This document shows, in pieces, positions 60,485 through 64,000 of a stretch of DNA of 64,000 bases. Both the position numbers and the translations under genes were made by a program. Origin of the DNA: a virus. The DNA lies in the IMG/VR virus record IMGVR_UViG_3300027969_000050, positions 32,001-96,000 of that record, one strand, 5' to 3'. Position 1 is the stretch's first letter. Each line of letters begins with the position of its first letter. Below the pieces are notes generated by a model. It did not search any database, had not been told where the DNA came from, and saw nothing but the letters and a program-made list of their open reading frames with translations.

Positions 60485-62477
60485 AGCGTCCGTCCCTCAG
60501 ATCAACGCGATCCTCCACGATCTCCTTGGCGTCCTCGACAATAAAAATTTTAAGCACGGATGACCTCGAGTCCCTCCTCCAAGTAAAAGCCCCTTGATCA
60601 AGGCCAATCAGGTTTAGCTCACCGAGTCCCTCGAGCGTCCGGCGGACTAATTTTTTATTTTTTGAGACAACCTTGAACATGTCTGGAGTTGGAACTTCTC
60701 CTTGCTTTGCCACCTTGAGGGCGTTGCCAACAGCAAAAACCTCGCATCCAGCGGTCAATAAGGCCGAAGTTACGGCCTCTACGTCAGAATTGCTCAAAGA
60801 CCCAATGAAAACAAGGCTGCCTGTGTTTGCAAGCTTCGTCGTTCCGCCATTAATATTTTGCAGCTCCACTGAGTTGACCTTCAGCTCAGGATGCTGGTAA
60901 TACCAGAGGCGAATCAGGTGACGCACTGTGTAGGGGATCGTCGTCGTAGATTTAATTAGGAGCTTTTTAGAGTCGTAAACGCCTTGAACCGTGTTCTCAT
61001 AGCCAGAATCTACCGAGAGATCAGCAACCTGCATGCCCGGATCCCCAACAACAATCGAGTCATCCTCAACGTCGTAAATAAAAGGAATGGGCAGGGCGAC
61101 TGGGTCTACCGCCGACATAAAAGTGATTTCGCCCACTCCTTGAGGCTGTCTCGGGGTGAAATGCGGATTAAAAGTAGCGTCTGGATCAGTGTTAGGGAAG
61201 TGATCGTTCATGACTAGCGTGTCGGATTCGGCCTCGCGGTGCTTAATGAACTCGTGCCACGATGGAAGGAGCTGCTCGCATTCAGGACATTGATAGAGGC
61301 CATTAATTCTTTTTGGGTCCGAAAGTCCAATGGACCCATTTTGCTGTCCGGCGATTGCGCTTTCCTCTGCTGCGGTGTCGTTGAAGAACTGGCCGTCATC
61401 ATTGGCCGGATTTGGGTTTGAAAAGTTGTGTTCTTCCAAATCCTCGATGCGCTTTACAACGTTGTCATTGCCAGCCAGAACAAACTTCAAATTGTTGTCA
61501 TCGGCGTATTCGTTCAGTGCGGACAGAAGCTTAACCCCAAAAATTTTATTTGGGAGCTGGATGTCATCTCCTTCAACCTTGAGAGTCCCAACCGTCATTT
61601 GCCCCGAAAGACGGGTCGCAATCTTGGACCAGTCCTGCTTATGCGAGATTAGGCACTCGTCTCCTTGCTGAACAAAATAAAGATAAGAAGTCTTTGAGGC
61701 CACTTCATGGCCCTCCATGTTGGAAAGGCCGCTCCAAGAAAGACCAACGGAGTTGCAGTACTGCTTCAGGACATCCGAGAGCGCATTGAGGCCAATATTT
61801 GTTTCGACCTCCCATGATGCATTGTCATCCGGGTCAATTTTTAGCGTCCCAACTGCAATTGGCCCCGAAGTTTCGGGGTTTACTAGGCTTTCGAGCGGTT
61901 TGTCATCGACGATGAGCTGCCCATCCGCATAAGAAAAATTTAATTTCTTCGGTTCACGCATGTCGTGGTCCATGTACGACCGATCAATGTGATCTCGATT
62001 GTCCTGAGCCTGAGGTTCCTCAGCAGGAAGGGCGTCACCGGCATAATCCATTGAGACGCGAGCAAAGTGATTGAGGTTCTTGAAAATATTTTCTGCTCGA
62101 TCAGCGAAACGCTCACTCCTCTCGGTGGCCTTTGGACGAACAACATCTAGTCCTCGGTAAAGGGGGTGCGACATGGACTTGTAGATGATGTACTTGTACC
62201 GGTCGCAGGTCAGGTCAATTACATATTTTTTGTCGGACGAGACCCAGACGTAGTGGCCATTGTCCTCGCCAATAAAGCCGCCAAGACGGCGCGTAAGCCA
62301 GAATGAGGTGACGTAGCACTGGCCTTTAGAGGCGTCCTGATCTCCACTGAACTCGGGGTGGCGGGTGTCGTCGTTCCACGCTTTTTCTGCGGCAGACTTA
62401 AGGGCGTGTAACTCGCCCTGAGAAATTGACTTAGGATCGAAGGTCAAAACGGCATCTCCGAATTGGGATCTTCCCAA
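60474..62477 (-). CDS. multidomain protein: YunG/transglutaminase-like C-H-D domain, C2H2-like finger, degenerate repeat-family domain, degenerate CCA-head-like domain
   Basis: KGQCYVTS..HYVW..VIDLT; YQCPECEQLL..FIKH; IPFIYDVEDDSIVVGDPG; ALLTAGCEVFAVGNAL. Confidence 0.7.
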   Translation of the reverse strand: MGRSQFGDAVLTFDPKSISQGELHALKSAAEKAWNDDTRHPEFSGDQDASKGQCYVTSFWLTRRLGGFIGEDNGHYVWVSSDKKYVIDLTCDRYKYIIYKSMSHPLYRGLDVVRPKATERSERFADRAENIFKNLNHFARVSMDYAGDALPAEEPQAQDNRDHIDRSYMDHDMREPKKLNFSYADGQLIVDDKPLESLVNPETSGPIAVGTLKIDPDDNASWEVETNIGLNALSDVLKQYCNSVGLSWSGLSNMEGHEVASKTSYLYFVQQGDECLISHKQDWSKIATRLSGQMTVGTLKVEGDDIQLPNKIFGVKLLSALNEYADDNNLKFVLAGNDNVVKRIEDLEEHNFSNPNPANDDGQFFNDTAAEESAIAGQQNGSIGLSDPKRINGLYQCPECEQLLPSWHEFIKHREAESDTLVMNDHFPNTDPDATFNPHFTPRQPQGVGEITFMSAVDPVALPIPFIYDVEDDSIVVGDPGMQVADLSVDSGYENTVQGVYDSKKLLIKSTTTIPYTVRHLIRLWYYQHPELKVNSVELQNINGGTTKLANTGSLVFIGSLSNSDVEAVTSALLTAGCEVFAVGNALKVAKQGEVPTPDMFKVVSKNKKLVRRTLEGLGELNLIGLDQGAFTWRRDSRSSVLKIFIVEDAKEIVEDRVDLRDGRYEA

Positions 62478-63508
62478 ATTTCATCTGCCGATCCGAACTG
62501 TGGATCGTCGCTGAAGAACAGCTCGTCCTTTGTGGGGGCGCGAAAATCAAACATTTGGCTTGGTTTTACAATGGGGTAGCTGTTCTCATGCGGATTCATA
62601 AATGGGTTTTCAAAGGGAATCTGCTTCAGAAGCGCGTACTGCTCAGGGTCCGACTTAGGTTGAGCGCGAAACTTGCCAAATCCGTAGTAAGTCGTGTTGG
62701 CCCTTGACCCGCCGCTGCCCTGCCAGCCGGAAAGAGGAGTCTCCTTGACATAGATATCAACCATGCTATTGTTGAAGTCGAAGACGGGCAAAACGGCCAG
62801 CAATGCGTCAATGTCGTTGTTCCCTTGCGTGTAGGCTTCAGCTTCAGCCGTCCTACGAGCCGCTACGTTCTCATGCTCTGCTGGCACCTCAGGGACGTTC
62901 ATGCGAGGCTGTATTCCAAGCTGCTGGGAAAGCTCAGGCTCATGGGTTGCGTAATTAGCCGCGTAGTCATGCTTCTTGGCTCGGTCAGCGTTGTTCACGA
63001 TGAACTCTGGATTAGCATTATCGACGTTTGCAGACTTGACCTCGATCCCGTAAACGGTTCCATTGGCGTCACGAGACAATCCGTCTAGGCGACCGTGTTC
63101 CGCAGCTCCACCCGAAGACAGTGATTCGACACCCGGCTGCCACCAAATAATTTCTCCGTACTTGGCCTGCCACTCAGGACTCTTGGAAACGACTTCGTTA
63201 ATAGCCGCCTCGCCCATTTTCCCAAATTGACTGAGCGACATCCCTGCGCGGGCGACATGCTCATTGTCTTGTTCTTTATCAATTCGTTCAAGAAGATCCT
63301 GATTTTGACCGCAATGTGGGCAGTCATACTCGCTGTACTGGCGCTCTGTAAGCCAATCGATGCCCTGAGGCGAAGCGTAGAAATGACACCTAGGAGCCTC
63401 GCACTTTCTCCAGCCGTTTGCTACGGCCTCCTGAGCCTCGGCGGAGGTCTCCATAACCTCGCCAAGATGCAGGCCGTCCTCTTCGATTGGGTAGCTGGAA
63501 GTTCGCAT
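62444..63508 (-). CDS. Zn-ribbon + PD-(D/E)xK nuclease-like protein
   Basis: CEAPRC..CPHCG; GKMGEAA..RLDG..GIEVKS. Confidence 0.65.
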   Translation of the reverse strand: MRTSSYPIEEDGLHLGEVMETSAEAQEAVANGWRKCEAPRCHFYASPQGIDWLTERQYSEYDCPHCGQNQDLLERIDKEQDNEHVARAGMSLSQFGKMGEAAINEVVSKSPEWQAKYGEIIWWQPGVESLSSGGAAEHGRLDGLSRDANGTVYGIEVKSANVDNANPEFIVNNADRAKKHDYAANYATHEPELSQQLGIQPRMNVPEVPAEHENVAARRTAEAEAYTQGNNDIDALLAVLPVFDFNNSMVDIYVKETPLSGWQGSGGSRANTTYYGFGKFRAQPKSDPEQYALLKQIPFENPFMNPHENSYPIVKPSQMFDFRAPTKDELFFSDDPQFGSADEIWEDPNSEMPF

Positions 63509-63516
63509 ACTACTAA

Positions 63517-63741
63517 TTAAGCGTCGGGACTGGCTTCATTACCGTCAATTCGGTCCATATGACCTCGCATAGCGGCCTCATAAGCACCTCCGTCGCAATA
63601 AACACAAAGACGGGCCGGAACGCCTTTCATTGCAAAGATCCGATGTTGAGTCGTTTCCACTGGCGTACTAAGAACCCGGCGAGGGGACTCACCTTTCGCT
63701 TTGCGATTTTTTAAACAGACCTTGCATATCGATTGAGCCAT
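63517..63741 (-). CDS. small Zn-binding hypothetical protein
   Basis: CKVC..CVYC; GAGGTG SD before ATG 63741. Confidence 0.6.
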   Translation of the reverse strand: MAQSICKVCLKNRKAKGESPRRVLSTPVETTQHRIFAMKGVPARLCVYCDGGAYEAAMRGHMDRIDGNEASPDA

Positions 63742-63742
63742 C

Positions 63743-63964
63743 TCACCTCTTATCGGCTTGCTTGCAGCCAAATCCACAGGTGAGACCCTTCCGAAAACGG
63801 CGAGCCTTGCGATGGCAAATGCAGCAGACAACATGATCGCCGCTACTGCACTTAGCAAACCTAGAGTTCGATGCCGTCGATACAAAACCACCACATTCGC
63901 AATCGAACCCAGAGGGTCCGTCGCCCTTAATTTCTACGCTGATTAAATGCCCTTGCCCATCCAC
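63743..63964 (-). CDS. small Cys-rich hypothetical protein
   Basis: GAGGAG SD; CECGG..C..H..CCICH. Confidence 0.55.
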   Translation of the reverse strand: MDGQGHLISVEIKGDGPSGFDCECGGFVSTASNSRFAKCSSGDHVVCCICHRKARRFRKGLTCGFGCKQADKR

Positions 63965-64000
63965 TCACTTGCTCCTCTTCCTTAAAAGCTTTTTAAGCTT

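Noticed and set aside
50000-62300. Frequent AAAAATATTT/AAAAATTT tracts inside minus-strand genes as a DNA signal
   Set aside because: Could arise from Lys/Asn-Ile-Phe codons; cannot be separated from coding bias without computation

Overview
This window looks like part of a large tailed-phage genome, probably infecting an actinobacterium. The host call rests on an Rpf domain, Ku, an MSMEG_6728-type glycosylase and many leaderless extended -10 promoters. No tRNA, rRNA, CRISPR array, integrase, capsid, terminase or polymerase gene is recognisable. Layout: (1) 0.07-9.4 kb, minus strand: glycosyltransferase plus a tail-fibre/tail-collar/collagen module. (2) 9.4-38.6 kb: large, acidic, multidomain minus-strand proteins (probably virion-internal), interleaved with small accessory genes (DNA glycosylases, SNF2/HARP helicase, atypical LuxR regulator, Rpf and 3D-domain muralytic pair). 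(3) About 38.7-49.7 kb, plus strand: an early-type island with eight copies of a TTCCGTCCGA-N9-(-10) promoter, encoding MoxR/VWA and Ku. By manual scan it lacks CATG and TGCA and is rich in oriented CAAACCG. It may be a first-injected segment or long terminal repeat. (4) 49.8-64 kb, minus strand: putative virion genes. The standout is a 2157-aa apparent polyprotein: 12 modules, each closed by an F/L-[KHR]-F-G-[AS] motif, 11 of them divergent copies of one unrecognised His-containing domain, followed by a complete CCA-adding-type nucleotidyltransferase with HD domain. The same domain and junction motif recur in other genes of the window. This suggests a protease-processed, capsid-delivered protein arsenal. 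All family calls come from motif recognition by eye and all k-mer counts are manual.
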